Shown: in pieces, positions 29,258 to 40,541 of the stretch | Numbering within the stretch: the first letter of the stretch is position 1 | Layout of the letters: every line of letters begins with the position of its first letter | Source of the DNA: an uncultured Actinomycetota bacterium | GTDB taxonomy: Bacteria; Actinomycetota; Actinomycetes; Prado026 | DNA length: 64,000 bases | Direction of reading: 5' to 3' | Assembly: GCA_963849365.1 (NCBI GenBank) | Contig: CAWKHA010000002.1 | Location: 3,091 to 67,090, forward strand | The notes under the pieces: generated by a model | Seen by the model: only the letters and a program-made list of their open reading frames with translations | Database searches by the model: none | What the model was told of the DNA's origin: nothing | Position numbers and translations under genes: made by a program

Positions 29258-31378
29258 GTGAGCGAGGCCTGGTCCTTCCAGGGCGGCCCGCCCGCCCTGC
29301 CCGGAGCGTCCGGCGCGGTCACGCTCGTCGACGGGTCGACCTTCTGCATCAGCAACCGGACCGGCGACATCCTCCCCGGCTCGGTCATGGGTCTGTTCAT
29401 CCGCGACACGCGTTTCGTGTCCACCTGGGTCACCGAGCTGGACGGAACGCGGCTGGAGGCCCTGACCGTGACGGCGGACGACCCGTTCTCGGCAGTGCAC
29501 CTGACCCGTGTGCCGCCCCAGCGGGGTCGGGCCGACAGCGCTCTGCTGATCCTGCACGAGCGCCGGGTCGGCGAGGGCATGTGCATGCAGCTGGAGGTGC
29601 GCAACCTCGGTGCGGACCCGGTCACGTGCACCCTCGCGGTGAACGTGGACGCCGACTTCGCCGACCTGTTCGAGGTCAAGGAGGGGCGGCTCCCCGGGCC
29701 GCAGGAGGTCATGCGGTCCGTGCGCGACGGCACCATCTGGCTGGAGGTCGGGCACCAGGGCGGCCGGCGGGCGCTGGCCCTGTCCGCCACCGGCGGGCCA
29801 GTGCTCTCCCCCGGCTCGCTGACGTGGTACCTGCGGCTGCCGGGCCGTTCGGCCTGGACCGCGTCGGTCGAGGCCGATGCGGTCATCGACGACGTACGGC
29901 TGCGGCCCAGCCACCGCTGCGGCGCGCCGGCGCACGAGGCCGAGCCCGCGGTCCGGCTCCGCCAGTGGCGGTCCGCGGCGCCGGCCGTGACCACCCCCGA
30001 CGCGGGGCTGGCCCGGACCGTGGCCCGCAGCATCGAGGACCTCGGCTCGCTGCGCATGTTCGACCCCAGGCACCCTGCGCGGGTCGTCGTGGCCGCCGGG
30101 GCTCCTTGGTTCATGGCCCTGTTCGGGCGGGACGCCCTGCTCACCTCGCTGATGCTGCTGCCCCTGGACCGCGACCTCGCCCTGGGCTCGCTGCAGAGCC
30201 TCGCCGCCCTGCAGGGCGGCGCCGTCGATCCAGCCAGCGAGGAGGAGCCCGGCCGTATCCCGCACGAGACCCGGTTCGGGCCTGGTGCCGCACTGGCGCT
30301 CGGCGGCGGCAACGTCTACTACGGGACGGCCGACGCGACCCCGTTGTTCGTCGTCCTGCTCGGCGAGCTGCACCGCTTCGGCGCTGACTGGGCGGACGTG
30401 CAGGCCCTCCTTCCGCACGCCGACCGCGCACTGGACTGGGCCGAACGCTTCGGCGACCGGGACGGCGACGGATTCGTGGAGTACGGACGCGCCACCGCGC
30501 GCGGGCTGGCGAACCAGGGCTGGAAGGACTCCTTCGACGGCGTCAACTTCGCCGACGGAAGCCTGGCCGAGCCGCCGATCGCGCTGTGCGAGGTGCAGGG
30601 CTACGTGTACGCCGCGCTGCTCGCCCGGGCCGCCATCGCCGACAGCGAGGGCGACGCTGCGACCGCCCGCAGGTGCACGGACCGCGCCGCGCGGCTGAAG
30701 GCCGCCTTCAACGAAGAGTTCTGGCTGCCCGGACCGGGGTGGTTCGCGGTGGGCCTGGACAAGGACAAGCGGCCGATCGACGCGCTCACCTCGAACGTCG
30801 GGCACTGCCTGTGGTCCGGCATCGTCGACGAGGACAAGGCAGCGATCCTGGCCGAGCACCTCCTGTCCGAGCGCATGTTCACCGGATGGGGTGTACGCAC
30901 GCTCGCGTCCGACATGGGTGCGTACAACCCCATGAGCTACCACAACGGGTCGGTGTGGCCGCACGACAGCACCCTCGTCACGGCCGGACTCATGCGCTAC
31001 GGCTTCGTGGACCAGGCCCAGCGGATCGCGGTCGGCCTGCTGGACGCGGCCGAGCACTTCGGCGGCCGGCTGCCCGAGCTGTTCTGCGGGTTCGACCGGG
31101 ACGACTTCGCAGTGCCGGTGCCGTACCCCACGTCGTGCTCCCCTCAGGCCTGGGCTGCGGCCGCGCCGATCCACCTGCTCCGAACCCTGCTGCGCCTGCA
31201 CCCCGACGTGCCCGCTGGGACGGTGTCCGTGGCGCCGGCCCTGCCCTGGCGCTACCTGCCCATGAGCCTGGACCACCTCAGTCTGGCCGGCGCGCGGGTC
31301 AGCCTGTCGGTCGGCTACGAAGGCTTCACACTCGCCCCGTTGCCGGAGGGTCTCGCCCTGTCCCGGCCCGCCGAATAG
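29258..31378 (+). CDS. Amylo-alpha-1,6-glucosidase (glycogen debranching enzyme-like)/MGH1-like hydrolase
   Basis: GLFIRDTRF.S, DFADLFEV, AAGAPWF.ALFGRD, EEPGRI.HE, YYGT.DATPLF, NQGWKDS, YHNGSVWPHD and RLPELFCG. Confidence 0.92.
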   Translation: MSEAWSFQGGPPALPGASGAVTLVDGSTFCISNRTGDILPGSVMGLFIRDTRFVSTWVTELDGTRLEALTVTADDPFSAVHLTRVPPQRGRADSALLILHERRVGEGMCMQLEVRNLGADPVTCTLAVNVDADFADLFEVKEGRLPGPQEVMRSVRDGTIWLEVGHQGGRRALALSATGGPVLSPGSLTWYLRLPGRSAWTASVEADAVIDDVRLRPSHRCGAPAHEAEPAVRLRQWRSAAPAVTTPDAGLARTVARSIEDLGSLRMFDPRHPARVVVAAGAPWFMALFGRDALLTSLMLLPLDRDLALGSLQSLAALQGGAVDPASEEEPGRIPHETRFGPGAALALGGGNVYYGTADATPLFVVLLGELHRFGADWADVQALLPHADRALDWAERFGDRDGDGFVEYGRATARGLANQGWKDSFDGVNFADGSLAEPPIALCEVQGYVYAALLARAAIADSEGDAATARRCTDRAARLKAAFNEEFWLPGPGWFAVGLDKDKRPIDALTSNVGHCLWSGIVDEDKAAILAEHLLSERMFTGWGVRTLASDMGAYNPMSYHNGSVWPHDSTLVTAGLMRYGFVDQAQRIAVGLLDAAEHFGGRLPELFCGFDRDDFAVPVPYPTSCSPQAWAAAAPIHLLRTLLRLHPDVPAGTVSVAPALPWRYLPMSLDHLSLAGARVSLSVGYEGFTLAPLPEGLALSRPAE

Positions 31379-32668
31379 TCGTGGTGCCCGACCACAGCCG
31401 GTCGCCACGGAGGTTCGGGGGGTGGTTGGGGTGGTGGGTGCCAGCTGACGCCGTCGGTGGGGTTGATGGTGATGGTCCATCCGTCGTGGTGGGCCATGTC
31501 GTGGTGGCGGTCGCAGGCCAGGGTCAGGGTGTTCAGGTCGGTGGTCCCGCCCTGGCTCCAGGGCATGATGTGGTGGGCCTGGCACCATTCGGGGGGCCGG
31601 TCGCAGCCCGGGGCGGTGCAGCCGCGGTCGCGTAGTGCCAGGGCGCGGGGTTGGGCGGCGGTGGCGGTGCGCACGGCCCGGCCCAGGTCCAGCAGCTGGC
31701 TGGGCCCCGCCCAGGACGGCCGGGATGAGCGCGGCGTCACAGGCGATCTGGCGGGCCGCCGCCGCCGAGATCGGTTCGCGCACGCTCGACCCGGCGATCA
31801 GCGCACATCCCTCACCGCGGGCGGCTGCCCGGCCCGGGGCGGGCTCGTGGATGCGGGCCCGGAGCTGGTCCACGCTCATGGTGACCACCACCTGCGGGGC
31901 CAGCCCGCCGGAGACCGGCAGCCGGCCAGCGGCCAGGGCCCGGCGGGCCAGCTCGACCAGCGCGTCGGCGCGCCGGCGCCCCGGGCCGCGACGGTCCGGG
32001 CCGTTCACCGTGGACGGGGCCGGGGCGGCGAGTGGGTCCAGCGCCGCGGCCAGGGTGGCGGCGGCCGCGGTGTCCAACCGCCCACCCAGGTGATGCATCC
32101 CATCGGTGCCGCGCCACACGGTCAGCTCACGGCCGGCCCGGGCGGCGCGTTCTGGCCCGGCCAGGTCCCCGGACCCGGCCGGGTCGACCCGGGCCGCCTC
32201 GACGAGCGCCAGCCGACGCAACCGGCCCAGGTCCAACCGCCCGGCCTGCGCCAACAACCGGGCCTCGAGCTGACCGCGATCCTGCTCCCCGACCCGATCG
32301 GACAGCCCGTCCAACGCGGCGGTGATCACCTGCGCCCGCTCGGGGTCGATCACCCCGGAGGCCAACGCCCGCCGGGTCCGGTCGTGCTCGACCAGCGCGG
32401 CCGCCAACCCGACCTGCCGGGCCGCGGCCCCCGCGCCCATCCCGTCCGCGCGCAGCCACCCCGCCGTCGAGATGGCCCCGGTCGTACGTCGGGCCGCCCC
32501 GCGCCGATCCACCTCGGCCACCGCGGCGAGCTCGACCGCGGCCAGCCGGGACGCTTGCGCGTTCAGCTGCCGCACCACGTCGACCAGGGCCGAGTCGTCG
32601 GCTCGGCGTACGTCGATACCTGTCAGGGCGTCCAATGCACGAGCCAGGCATGCGAGCGCGCCAGACAT
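31315..32668 (-). pseudogene. DUF222-HNH endonuclease (REP13E12-like), split by a single-base frameshift near 31705
   Basis: N-terminal frame: G.LD...A.L.AALD.LA.P...D.R...RRADALVEL, ARQIACDA.LIPAVLG. C-terminal frame: LDLGR..R.AT, RDRGC.APGC.RP..WC.AHH...W..GG.T.L..L.L.C..HH. Could be a sequencing error. Confidence 0.85.
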
Positions 32669-32774
32669 CGACGCACCGACACGAAACCCCTTTGTCCACA
32701 ACGGTTTCCGTGTCCAACTCACGACATGTCCGACAACGGACACGAGCGGCGCAGGACCAACTCGACCGCATGCG

Positions 32775-35087
32775 TCAAGCGGCAGCGCGGTTCGCCGCCG
32801 ACAGCAGGATCCTGCGCTCGGCAACGGCGATCGCCTGCCGTGCACGTGCGATCGCGTCCGCGTTCACCGAGATCGACGTGATGCCGAAGCGCACGAGCTT
32901 CTCCGCGAAGTCCGGCCGGTTGGACGGCGCCTGACCGCACAGCGACGACGTGATCCCCGCCGCCGTGCTCGCCTCGATGATCCGCCGTATCGCGTCCAGC
33001 ACCGCAGCGTCGGACTCGTCGAACAGCTCCGCGCAGACCTCCGAGTCGCGGTCCACGCCGAGCATGAGCTGGGTGAGGTCGTTGGACCCGATCGACACCC
33101 CGTCGATGCCCAGCGCGGCGTACTCCGGGATGCGGTAGACGACGGACGGCACCTCCGCCATGACCCAGCGGTGCAGCCCGCGCTGCCGACCGAGCGGGCT
33201 GGCATCGACCAGCTCCAGGCAGGCCTCCAGCTCCCAGAGCGTGCGGACGAACGGGATCATCAGGTGCAGGTTCGGCGTCTGCTCGCGCACCTGCGCGAGC
33301 ACCTCGAGCTCGAGCGCGAACAGGTCCGGCTCGCGGACGTACCGGTAGCAGCCGCGATAGCCGATCATCGGGTTGCCCTCGACCGGCTCGAACCGTTCGC
33401 CGCCGGCCAGGCCCCGGAACTCGTTGGTACGGAAGTCGATGCTGCGGTAGATCACCGGCCGGGGCGCGAACGCCCGCGTGATGCGCAGCAGCGAGTCCGA
33501 CATCTTCGCGGCGAACTCCTGCCGTCCCCCGCGGGCGAGCAGCTCCCGCGGGTGCACGCCGCCGAGCGCGTCGGTGAGCATGAACTCGGCGCGCAGCAGT
33601 CCGACCCCGTCGACCGGCTGGGCCGCCACCTCCTCGGCGTGGTCGGCCATCGCGAGGTTGACGTACAGCCGCGTCGCCAGCGGTTCGGGAGCCGCCGCCG
33701 GCTCGCCACGTGGGGTCGTGACCGCCACGGGCCGGGCGGCCATCGCCGCGGTCACGTCGCCGGCCAGCACGCGGCCGGCGGTCGCGTCCACCGTCACGAG
33801 CTGTCCGTCGTGCAGCACGGTCGTGCCGATCCGGGTCCCGACGACGCACGGCACGCCGAGCTCGCGCGCGACGATCGCGGCGTGACAGGTCATCCCACCG
33901 CCGTCGGTCACCAGGGCCGCCGCCCGCCGGATCGTCGGTACCCAGTCCGGGCTGGTCATCGGCGCGACGAGGATCTCACCGGGCTTCAGCTCGTCGCCGC
34001 TCGCCGGCGCGGTCAGGATCCGCACCGTCCCGGCCACCACCCCGGGCGACGCCGCCTGCCCCTTCAGCAGGACCGGAGCCCCCGCGGCCGCTTCGCCGCC
34101 GGCCGGCCCGGCCGGCGCCTGCGGCGACCGGAGCAGGGTGGTGATCGGTCGGGACTGCACGACGTACCAGTGACCGCCCGACTCGGCCCACTCGATGTCC
34201 TGCGGTTTCCCGTAGTGCTCGTCGACCCGCAGGCCCGTGCGGCTGAGCTCGAGGACCTCCTCGTCGCTGAGCACCCGGCGGCCGGCCTGCTCCGGGCTCA
34301 GCTCGACGGTCGCGTCGTGGCCGTCGGCGCCGCGGACCACCGCGATGGCCTTGTTCCCGACACGCACGGACAGCAGCCGCGGTCCGGACTTGTCGACGAC
34401 GTACGTGTCCGGCTCGACCTTGCCTCCGACGACGACCTCGCCGAGGCCGAACGCGGCCTCGACGACAACCTTGGACAGGTCGGCCGTGGCCGGGTCCGCG
34501 GTGAACATGACGCCGGAGCGCTCGGAGTCGACCATCTCCTGGACGACGACGGCCAGCGCCGGCTCCTCCTGCACGGCCTGGCTGACGCGGTAGGCGACCA
34601 CCCGGCCGCCGTACAGCGACGCCCAGCAGCTGCGGACGGCGTCGAGCAGCTCGACGTCTCCCCTGACGTTCGTGAACGTGGAGTTCATCCCGGCGAAGGA
34701 CAGGTCGCTGCTGTCCTCACCGGTGGCCGAGGAACGGACCGCGACCGGGATCGTGTCTCCCATCGCGTGGTAGGCCGCGAGGATCCGGCTGCGCAGCGGC
34801 TCCGGCACGGTCACGTCGCGGACCAGCGCCTGCAACGCCTCGGCGGCGGCGGACAGTCCCGCGGGGTCGTCGATGTCGACGGCGGCGGACTGCCGGCGCA
34901 GCTCTTCGCGGACGCCGGACTCGTCCAGGACCCACAGGTAGGCCGGTGCGGTGACGACGAAGCCGGGCGGGACGGCCAGGCCGGCCTTGAGCAGCTCGCC
35001 GAGGTTGGCACCCTTGCCCCCGGCCAGGTCGACGTCGTCCTTGCCGATCTCGGACAGCGGCAGCACCCAGGTCTCCATCGTGGTCAC
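32775..35087 (-). CDS. ppsA: Phosphoenolpyruvate synthase (pyruvate, water dikinase)
   Basis: [21 protein letters not shown]...[24 protein letters not shown] (phospho-His), [15 protein letters not shown] and SIGSNDLTQ; the GTG overlaps the ACP stop (ATG 35078 is an alternative). Confidence 0.95.
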   Translation of the reverse strand: MTTMETWVLPLSEIGKDDVDLAGGKGANLGELLKAGLAVPPGFVVTAPAYLWVLDESGVREELRRQSAAVDIDDPAGLSAAAEALQALVRDVTVPEPLRSRILAAYHAMGDTIPVAVRSSATGEDSSDLSFAGMNSTFTNVRGDVELLDAVRSCWASLYGGRVVAYRVSQAVQEEPALAVVVQEMVDSERSGVMFTADPATADLSKVVVEAAFGLGEVVVGGKVEPDTYVVDKSGPRLLSVRVGNKAIAVVRGADGHDATVELSPEQAGRRVLSDEEVLELSRTGLRVDEHYGKPQDIEWAESGGHWYVVQSRPITTLLRSPQAPAGPAGGEAAAGAPVLLKGQAASPGVVAGTVRILTAPASGDELKPGEILVAPMTSPDWVPTIRRAAALVTDGGGMTCHAAIVARELGVPCVVGTRIGTTVLHDGQLVTVDATAGRVLAGDVTAAMAARPVAVTTPRGEPAAAPEPLATRLYVNLAMADHAEEVAAQPVDGVGLLRAEFMLTDALGGVHPRELLARGGRQEFAAKMSDSLLRITRAFAPRPVIYRSIDFRTNEFRGLAGGERFEPVEGNPMIGYRGCYRYVREPDLFALELEVLAQVREQTPNLHLMIPFVRTLWELEACLELVDASPLGRQRGLHRWVMAEVPSVVYRIPEYAALGIDGVSIGSNDLTQLMLGVDRDSEVCAELFDESDAAVLDAIRRIIEASTAAGITSSLCGQAPSNRPDFAEKLVRFGITSISVNADAIARARQAIAVAERRILLSAANRAAA

Positions 35088-35362
35088 GTCCCTTCGGACC
35101 CGGCCGCGGCCGCGCCCGCGGTGGCACGCGCCGTGACGTAGCCGGTGAGCCCGTCCAGGCTGCGTACCTGGGCGTAGTCGGCCTCGGGGATGTCGACGCC
35201 GAGGGTCTGCGCGACGCCTTCCACGAGGTTGAGGAAGTCCATCGAGTCTAGGTCGGCCTCGGTCCGCAGGTCGGCCTGCGGGTCGAGCTCGGCGGGGTCG
35301 CAGTCGGGGGCGATCTCCACCAGCAGCGCCTCGAGAGCGGTCCTGACGTCGTCGGTGTTCAT
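35084..35362 (-). CDS. Acyl carrier protein
   Basis: 92 aa, acidic; DLDSMDFL phosphopantetheine site; GVDIPEADY; coupled overlaps on both sides. Confidence 0.9.
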   Translation of the reverse strand: MNTDDVRTALEALLVEIAPDCDPAELDPQADLRTEADLDSMDFLNLVEGVAQTLGVDIPEADYAQVRSLDGLTGYVTARATAGAAAAGSEGT

Positions 35363-36705
35363 AGCTCCTCCGGGTGCTGCAGGGCCGAGTCGACCTCGGC
35401 CAGGTAGAGGGCGCCGCGGTGACCGTCACTCACCCGGTGGTCGGCCGCGAGCGTGGCGACCACGACGCGGCGGACGGTGAGCATCCCGTCGACCGCCCAG
35501 GGCCGCTCCTGCACGCGGCCGAAGCCGACCAGCGCCACCTGCGGCGGGTAGATGACGCCGTGCACCGCTTCGACGCCCTGGTCGCCGAGGTTGGTGACGG
35601 TCAGCGTCGGGTCGCTCATCTCCGACCCGCGCAGCCGGCCGCTGCGGGTCCGCGCGACCAGGTCCTTCAGCCGTGCCATGACCTCCTCCAGCGGCAGCTG
35701 GTCGACGTCGTGGATCGCCGGCGCGATGAGCCCGCCGCCGCGCAGGGACACGGCGACGCCGAGATGGATGTGCTCGGCCGGCCGGAACGCGCCGTCGACG
35801 TAGAAGCCGTTGATCTCGGGCACCTTGCGCACTGCGGTGGCGGCCGCCTTGAGCAGCACGGCGGCGGGCAGGATCCGGTCGGCGACCGCACGGCCGGCGT
35901 TCACCCGCTCGAGCCAGGTCAGCGCGTGGTCCAGGTCGATCGTCGTCTGCAGGTAGTAGTGCGGGATCTCCTTCTTCGACCGGGCCATGAGCGCACCGAT
36001 CGCCTCGCGCATCGCCGCCCCCTTGTCCTGGGCGGCCGCCTTGTCCTGCGCCGCCGCCTTCGCCGGCGCCGCCGGCTTGCGCGGGGTGATGGCCTTCGCA
36101 GGGGTGGCGGGTTCCTGCGTGGGACCTGCCTGCACCGCTGCCTCGACGTCGGCCACGGTACGGATGCCGCCGGCGCGGGTCCCGGGTACCGAGGCCAGGT
36201 CGACACCCAGCTCCGCGGCCCTGCGCCGGGCGAACGGCGATGCGAGCACGCGACCCGGCGCACCGGCCGCGGCGGCGGGTTCCGGCGCGACCGGGACGAG
36301 CTCCGGCGCGACCGCGACGGGTTCCGGGGCGCCGGCCAGGTCGGCCCGCGTCACCGCACCGCCGGGTCCGCTGCCGACCACGTGCTCCAGATCGATCCCG
36401 CGCTCGTGCGCCAGGTGCCGGACGATCGGCGAGGTCACGGCGCCGGGTCCGGGGGCGGGCCCCGCGCCGTCCACCGGGGCGAGCACGGCCAGCGGCGTGC
36501 CCACCGCGACCGTCGTCCCCGGCTCGACGAGCAGCTCGTGCACCCGGCCGTCCTCGAAGACCTCGACGTCGATGGCCGACTTGGCCGTGTCGACGACCGC
36601 CACGATGTCCCCGCGGTGCACGACGTCGCCGGGGTGCACCAGCCACTCCAGCAGCGTCCCCTCGGTCATGTCCGCTCCCAGCGAAGGCATCCGGAACTCA
36701 GCCAC
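35359..36705 (-). CDS. 2-oxoacid dehydrogenase E2 (dihydrolipoamide acyltransferase)
   Basis: [10 protein letters not shown]...W lipoyl domain with DTAKS; two subunit-binding domains; IPHYY and DHRVSDG catalytic motif. Confidence 0.93.
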   Translation of the reverse strand: MAEFRMPSLGADMTEGTLLEWLVHPGDVVHRGDIVAVVDTAKSAIDVEVFEDGRVHELLVEPGTTVAVGTPLAVLAPVDGAGPAPGPGAVTSPIVRHLAHERGIDLEHVVGSGPGGAVTRADLAGAPEPVAVAPELVPVAPEPAAAAGAPGRVLASPFARRRAAELGVDLASVPGTRAGGIRTVADVEAAVQAGPTQEPATPAKAITPRKPAAPAKAAAQDKAAAQDKGAAMREAIGALMARSKKEIPHYYLQTTIDLDHALTWLERVNAGRAVADRILPAAVLLKAAATAVRKVPEINGFYVDGAFRPAEHIHLGVAVSLRGGGLIAPAIHDVDQLPLEEVMARLKDLVARTRSGRLRGSEMSDPTLTVTNLGDQGVEAVHGVIYPPQVALVGFGRVQERPWAVDGMLTVRRVVVATLAADHRVSDGHRGALYLAEVDSALQHPEEL

Positions 36706-37693
36706 GGCCGACCGCCTCCTCCGCGGCCGCGACGACCCGGTCGAGTCCTGGCAACGCCGCCTGCTCGAGGTGCCGGGCGTACGGGATCGGGACCTCGACG
36801 GCGGCGACCCTGCGGACAGGTGCGTCCAGGTCGTAGAAGCACTCCTCGGCGATCCGGGCGGCTACCTCGGCGGACAGCCCGACGCTGCGCCAGCCCTCGT
36901 CGACCACGACCGCGCGGTGCGTCCTGGTCACCGAGCCGAACACGGTCGCGTCGTCCAGCGGACGCAGCGTGCGCAGGTCGACCACCTCCGCGTCCACACC
37001 GTCCGCGGCCAGGACCTCGGCTGCGTCCAGGCAGGTGGAGAGGCTGCCGCCGGACGTCACCAGCGTGACGTCCGCACCTGCCCTGCGTACCACCGCCCGG
37101 TCGATGTCGACCGGTCCGGCGTCGGCGTCCAGCTCGCCGGAGACGTTGTAGAGCGAGCCGTGCTCGAAGACGACCACCGGGTCCGGGTCCTCCAGCGCCG
37201 TCCACAGCATCCCGCGCGCGTCCGCCAGCGTCGCCGGCGCGACGACGCGCAGGCCGGGGATGTGCGCGTAGAACCCCTCGAGCGAGTGCGAGTGCTGCGC
37301 CGCGAGCTGGCGGCCCGCCCCGGTCGTCATGCGGATCACGAGCGGCACGTTGAACTGGCCGCCGCTCATGTGCAGCAACGTCGCGGCCGAGTTCAGGATC
37401 TGGTCCAGCGCCAACAGCGAGAAGTTCACGGTCATGATCTCGACGATCGGCCGCATGCCGCCCAGGGCCGCGCCGATCCCGGCGCCGACGAACGCCGACT
37501 CCGACAGCGGGGTGTCGCGGACGCGCTGCTCGCCGAACTCCTCGACCAGGCCCAGGCTCACCCCGAAGCCGCCGCCGTACCGGCCGACGTCCTCGCCCAT
37601 GAGGAACACCCGCTCGTCACGGCGCAGCGCGTCCCGGAGCGCTTCACGGACCGCCTCGCGGTACGTGAGGGTGCGTACGGTGGTGACGCTCAT
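36698..37693 (-). CDS. pdhB: Pyruvate/acetoin dehydrogenase-like E1 beta subunit
   Basis: [27 protein letters not shown] and [10 protein letters not shown]. Confidence 0.9.
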   Translation of the reverse strand: MSVTTVRTLTYREAVREALRDALRRDERVFLMGEDVGRYGGGFGVSLGLVEEFGEQRVRDTPLSESAFVGAGIGAALGGMRPIVEIMTVNFSLLALDQILNSAATLLHMSGGQFNVPLVIRMTTGAGRQLAAQHSHSLEGFYAHIPGLRVVAPATLADARGMLWTALEDPDPVVVFEHGSLYNVSGELDADAGPVDIDRAVVRRAGADVTLVTSGGSLSTCLDAAEVLAADGVDAEVVDLRTLRPLDDATVFGSVTRTHRAVVVDEGWRSVGLSAEVAARIAEECFYDLDAPVRRVAAVEVPIPYARHLEQAALPGLDRVVAAAEEAVGRG

Positions 37694-38667
37694 GACCCAC
37701 TCCTCGGGCTCATGACGAACCGGGTGAGATCCTCGACCGGCTCGTCGCTCCCCTGCTCGGCGAAGGCCACCGCGGCGTCCAGCTCGGCGACGACCTCGGC
37801 CTGAGTCGCGGCCAGCGAGTCGTCGTCGGCCAGGCCCTCGGCGCGCAGCCGGGCCTCGAGCAGGACGAGCGGGTCGCGCAGCTTCCAGTGCTCGATCTCG
37901 GCCTTGTCGCGGTAGCGGTCGGGGTCGTACATCGAGTGCGCCCGGAAGCGGTACGTCCGCGCCTCCAGGAACACCGGCCCACCACCGTCGCGCACGAGGG
38001 CCACCGCGCGCTCGGCGGACTCCCACACCTGCTCGACGTCCATGCCGTCGCAGCTCCAGGCCGGGATCTCGTACGACGCCGCCTTCAGCGGCAGGTTCGT
38101 CTCGGACTCGGACCGGTCCAGCGCGGTGCCCATCGCGTACAGGTTGTTCTCGCACAGGAAGAGCACGGGCAGGTGCCAGAGCGCGGCGAGGTTCACCGAC
38201 TCGTGGAACTCGCCCTCGGCCATGGCCCCCTCGCCGAAGAAGCACACGGTGACCCGCCGGCGCCCAAGCATGCTGTCGGCCAGCGCGAGCCCCACGGCGA
38301 GCGGCAGGCCGCCCCCGACGATCGCGTTCCCGCCGTAGAACCGGGTCGGGGCGTGGAACAGGTGCATCGATCCGCCTCGCCCACGACAGACCCCTTCCAT
38401 CCGGCCGTACATCTCGGCCATCACCGCGTCCATGGGCACGCCCCTGACGAGCGCCTGCCCGTGGTCGCGGTAGGTCGCCACCACCGCGTCCTCGGGCTCG
38501 ACATGGGCGAGGACTCCGGCGGCGATCGCCTCCTCGCCGATGTACAGGTGCACGAAGCCGCGGACCTGCCCGGAGCTGTAGAGCTCGGCGCAGCGCTCCT
38601 CGAACCGGCGGACGCGGAGCATCTGCCGGTACAGGGCCGGCAGGTCCGGGCCGCCCGCCGCGGTCAT
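37690..38667 (-). CDS. pdhA: Pyruvate dehydrogenase-like E1 alpha subunit
   Basis: [27 protein letters not shown] motif GEGA...ENN and [11 protein letters not shown]. Confidence 0.9.
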   Translation of the reverse strand: MTAAGGPDLPALYRQMLRVRRFEERCAELYSSGQVRGFVHLYIGEEAIAAGVLAHVEPEDAVVATYRDHGQALVRGVPMDAVMAEMYGRMEGVCRGRGGSMHLFHAPTRFYGGNAIVGGGLPLAVGLALADSMLGRRRVTVCFFGEGAMAEGEFHESVNLAALWHLPVLFLCENNLYAMGTALDRSESETNLPLKAASYEIPAWSCDGMDVEQVWESAERAVALVRDGGGPVFLEARTYRFRAHSMYDPDRYRDKAEIEHWKLRDPLVLLEARLRAEGLADDDSLAATQAEVVAELDAAVAFAEQGSDEPVEDLTRFVMSPRSGS

Positions 38668-40448
38668 GGCGTCGCTCCGAGGGTGGACAGGTCGCCCTCG
38701 GCCAGCCCCAGCTCGCGTGCTTTCAGCAGGCGCCGCATGATCTTCCCGCTCTGGGTCTTCGGCAGGTCCGGGTCGAAGGCGATCTCGCGGGGGGCCACCG
38801 CCGAACCCAGGCGCTTGCGGCCGAACCCGAGCAGCTCGCGGCGCAGGTCGTCGGTCGGCGCGTACTCCGGCCGCAGCGTGACGAACGCCTTGACCGCCTC
38901 GCCGAAGACCGGGTCGGGCACCCCGATCACCCCGGCCTCCGCGACCGCCGGGTGCTCCATCAACGCGCTCTCGACCTCGAACGGCCCGATGAGGTGTCCG
39001 GCGGACTTGATGACGTCGTCGCCACGACCGACGAACCACACGTAGCCGTCGGCGTCGATCCGGGCCAGGTCCCCGGACAGGTACCACGGGCCGGCGAAGC
39101 ACTTGGCGTACCGGTCGGGGGCGCCCAGGTAGGCGCGCATCAGCGACGGCCACGGGGTACGGAGCGCGATCTCGCCCTCCTCGTCAGGGGCGTCGACGAG
39201 GACGGGGGCGCCGTCCGGGCCGAGGACCCGCTCGCCCGTGGCGTCGTGCCGGACGAGGACGATGTCGACACCGGGCACCGGCCGTCCCATGGACCCCGGA
39301 CGGATCGGTTCGCTCGCGTAGTTCGCGACCATGATCGCGCCTGTCTCGGTCTGCCACCACGTGTCGTGGATCGGGCGGCCGATCGCCTGCTCGCCCCAGA
39401 GCACGACCTCGGGGTTCAGCGGCTCGCCCACGCTGGCGACGTGACGCAGCCGGGACAGGTCGTGCCCCACGATCGGTGCCGGACCCGCCTTCATCAGCAT
39501 CCGCAGCGCGGTCGGGGCCGTGTACCAGACGGTGACCTGCTCGCGCTCCAGCAGTGTGTACCAGCGCGCCACGTCGAACTCGCACTCGTCCACGATGCAG
39601 GTGACACCGCAGGTCAGCGGCGCGACCAGACCGTACGACGTGCCCGTCACCCAGCCCGGGTCCGCCGTGCACCAGAACACGTCGCCGGCGCGCAGGTCCA
39701 GCACGGCCCGGCCGGTGGCGTGGTGGGCGACGACGGCGTCGTGCACGTGCACAGCGCCCTTCGGGGTCCCCGTCGTGCCGCTGGTGAAGTGCACGAACGC
39801 CATGTCCTCCGGGTCCGTCCTGGCGATCTCGTAGTCGGAGGGGGCCGCGTCCATGAGTGGCGCCAGCGGCTGCACGCCCGGCGCGTCGACGCTGTCGGCC
39901 CCCGGCCCGACCAGCAGGACGTGCTCGAGGTCAGGCAGCTGGTCCCGTACCGGCGCGACCTTGCGCCGGTACGCCGCGGCCGTGGTCAGCAGCACCCGCC
40001 CGTGCCCGGCCTGCAGCCGCTGCCGCACCGGCTCCGGTCCGAAGGCCGAGAACAGCGGCGCCACGACGCAGCGCGCCTTGAGCGTGCCCAGCATCGCGAT
40101 GTACAGCTCCGGCAGCCGGCCGCAGAGTCCGAAGACCAGCTGGCCGGGCAGCACGCCGAGGCTTTCCAGCACGTGCGCGAACCTGTTGCTCTGCGCCGCG
40201 AGCTGCGCGTACGTCAGCTCCCGGTCGACGCCGGCCTCGGACAGGAAGCGCAGCGCGGTGACGTCACCGCGACCGCCGGCGACGTGCCGGTCCACCGCTT
40301 CGTACGCAATGTTGAGCCCGCCGCCGGGCAGCCCGTCGAGCTCGGCCCGCGCACGGTCCCAGCTGAAGCCTGCCCTGGCTCGCTCGTAGTCGACGAGGTT
40401 CGCGGCCGCAGCCGCCTGAGCATCCTTGGCGATCACACGTCCGCTCAC
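38664..40448 (-). CDS. acsA: Acetate--CoA ligase (AMP-forming, AcsA type)
   Basis: [51 protein letters not shown] and LPKT.SGKIMRR. Confidence 0.92.
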   Translation of the reverse strand: MSGRVIAKDAQAAAAANLVDYERARAGFSWDRARAELDGLPGGGLNIAYEAVDRHVAGGRGDVTALRFLSEAGVDRELTYAQLAAQSNRFAHVLESLGVLPGQLVFGLCGRLPELYIAMLGTLKARCVVAPLFSAFGPEPVRQRLQAGHGRVLLTTAAAYRRKVAPVRDQLPDLEHVLLVGPGADSVDAPGVQPLAPLMDAAPSDYEIARTDPEDMAFVHFTSGTTGTPKGAVHVHDAVVAHHATGRAVLDLRAGDVFWCTADPGWVTGTSYGLVAPLTCGVTCIVDECEFDVARWYTLLEREQVTVWYTAPTALRMLMKAGPAPIVGHDLSRLRHVASVGEPLNPEVVLWGEQAIGRPIHDTWWQTETGAIMVANYASEPIRPGSMGRPVPGVDIVLVRHDATGERVLGPDGAPVLVDAPDEEGEIALRTPWPSLMRAYLGAPDRYAKCFAGPWYLSGDLARIDADGYVWFVGRGDDVIKSAGHLIGPFEVESALMEHPAVAEAGVIGVPDPVFGEAVKAFVTLRPEYAPTDDLRRELLGFGRKRLGSAVAPREIAFDPDLPKTQSGKIMRRLLKARELGLAEGDLSTLGATP

Positions 40449-40480
40449 GACCTGCTCCCTCCGCACCCGGTGCACTGACC

Positions 40481-40524
40481 AGCACACCCCAGGGCGGACC
40501 CGCCCGGACAGGGCCGGAGGTCCC
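40481..40524 (-). promoter_or_regulatory. DosR-like box upstream of the acsA operon
   Basis: GGGCCGGAGGTCCC at 40511-40524; weak -10 (TGTGCT, minus, 40481-40486). Confidence 0.62.
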
Positions 40525-40541
40525 CAACGACGTGCGCGGCC

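Noticed and set aside
28982-32845. 1287-aa minus-strand ORF as a giant fusion protein
   Set aside because: Only its first part is the DUF222 domain; after the frameshift it is antisense to the GDE gene.
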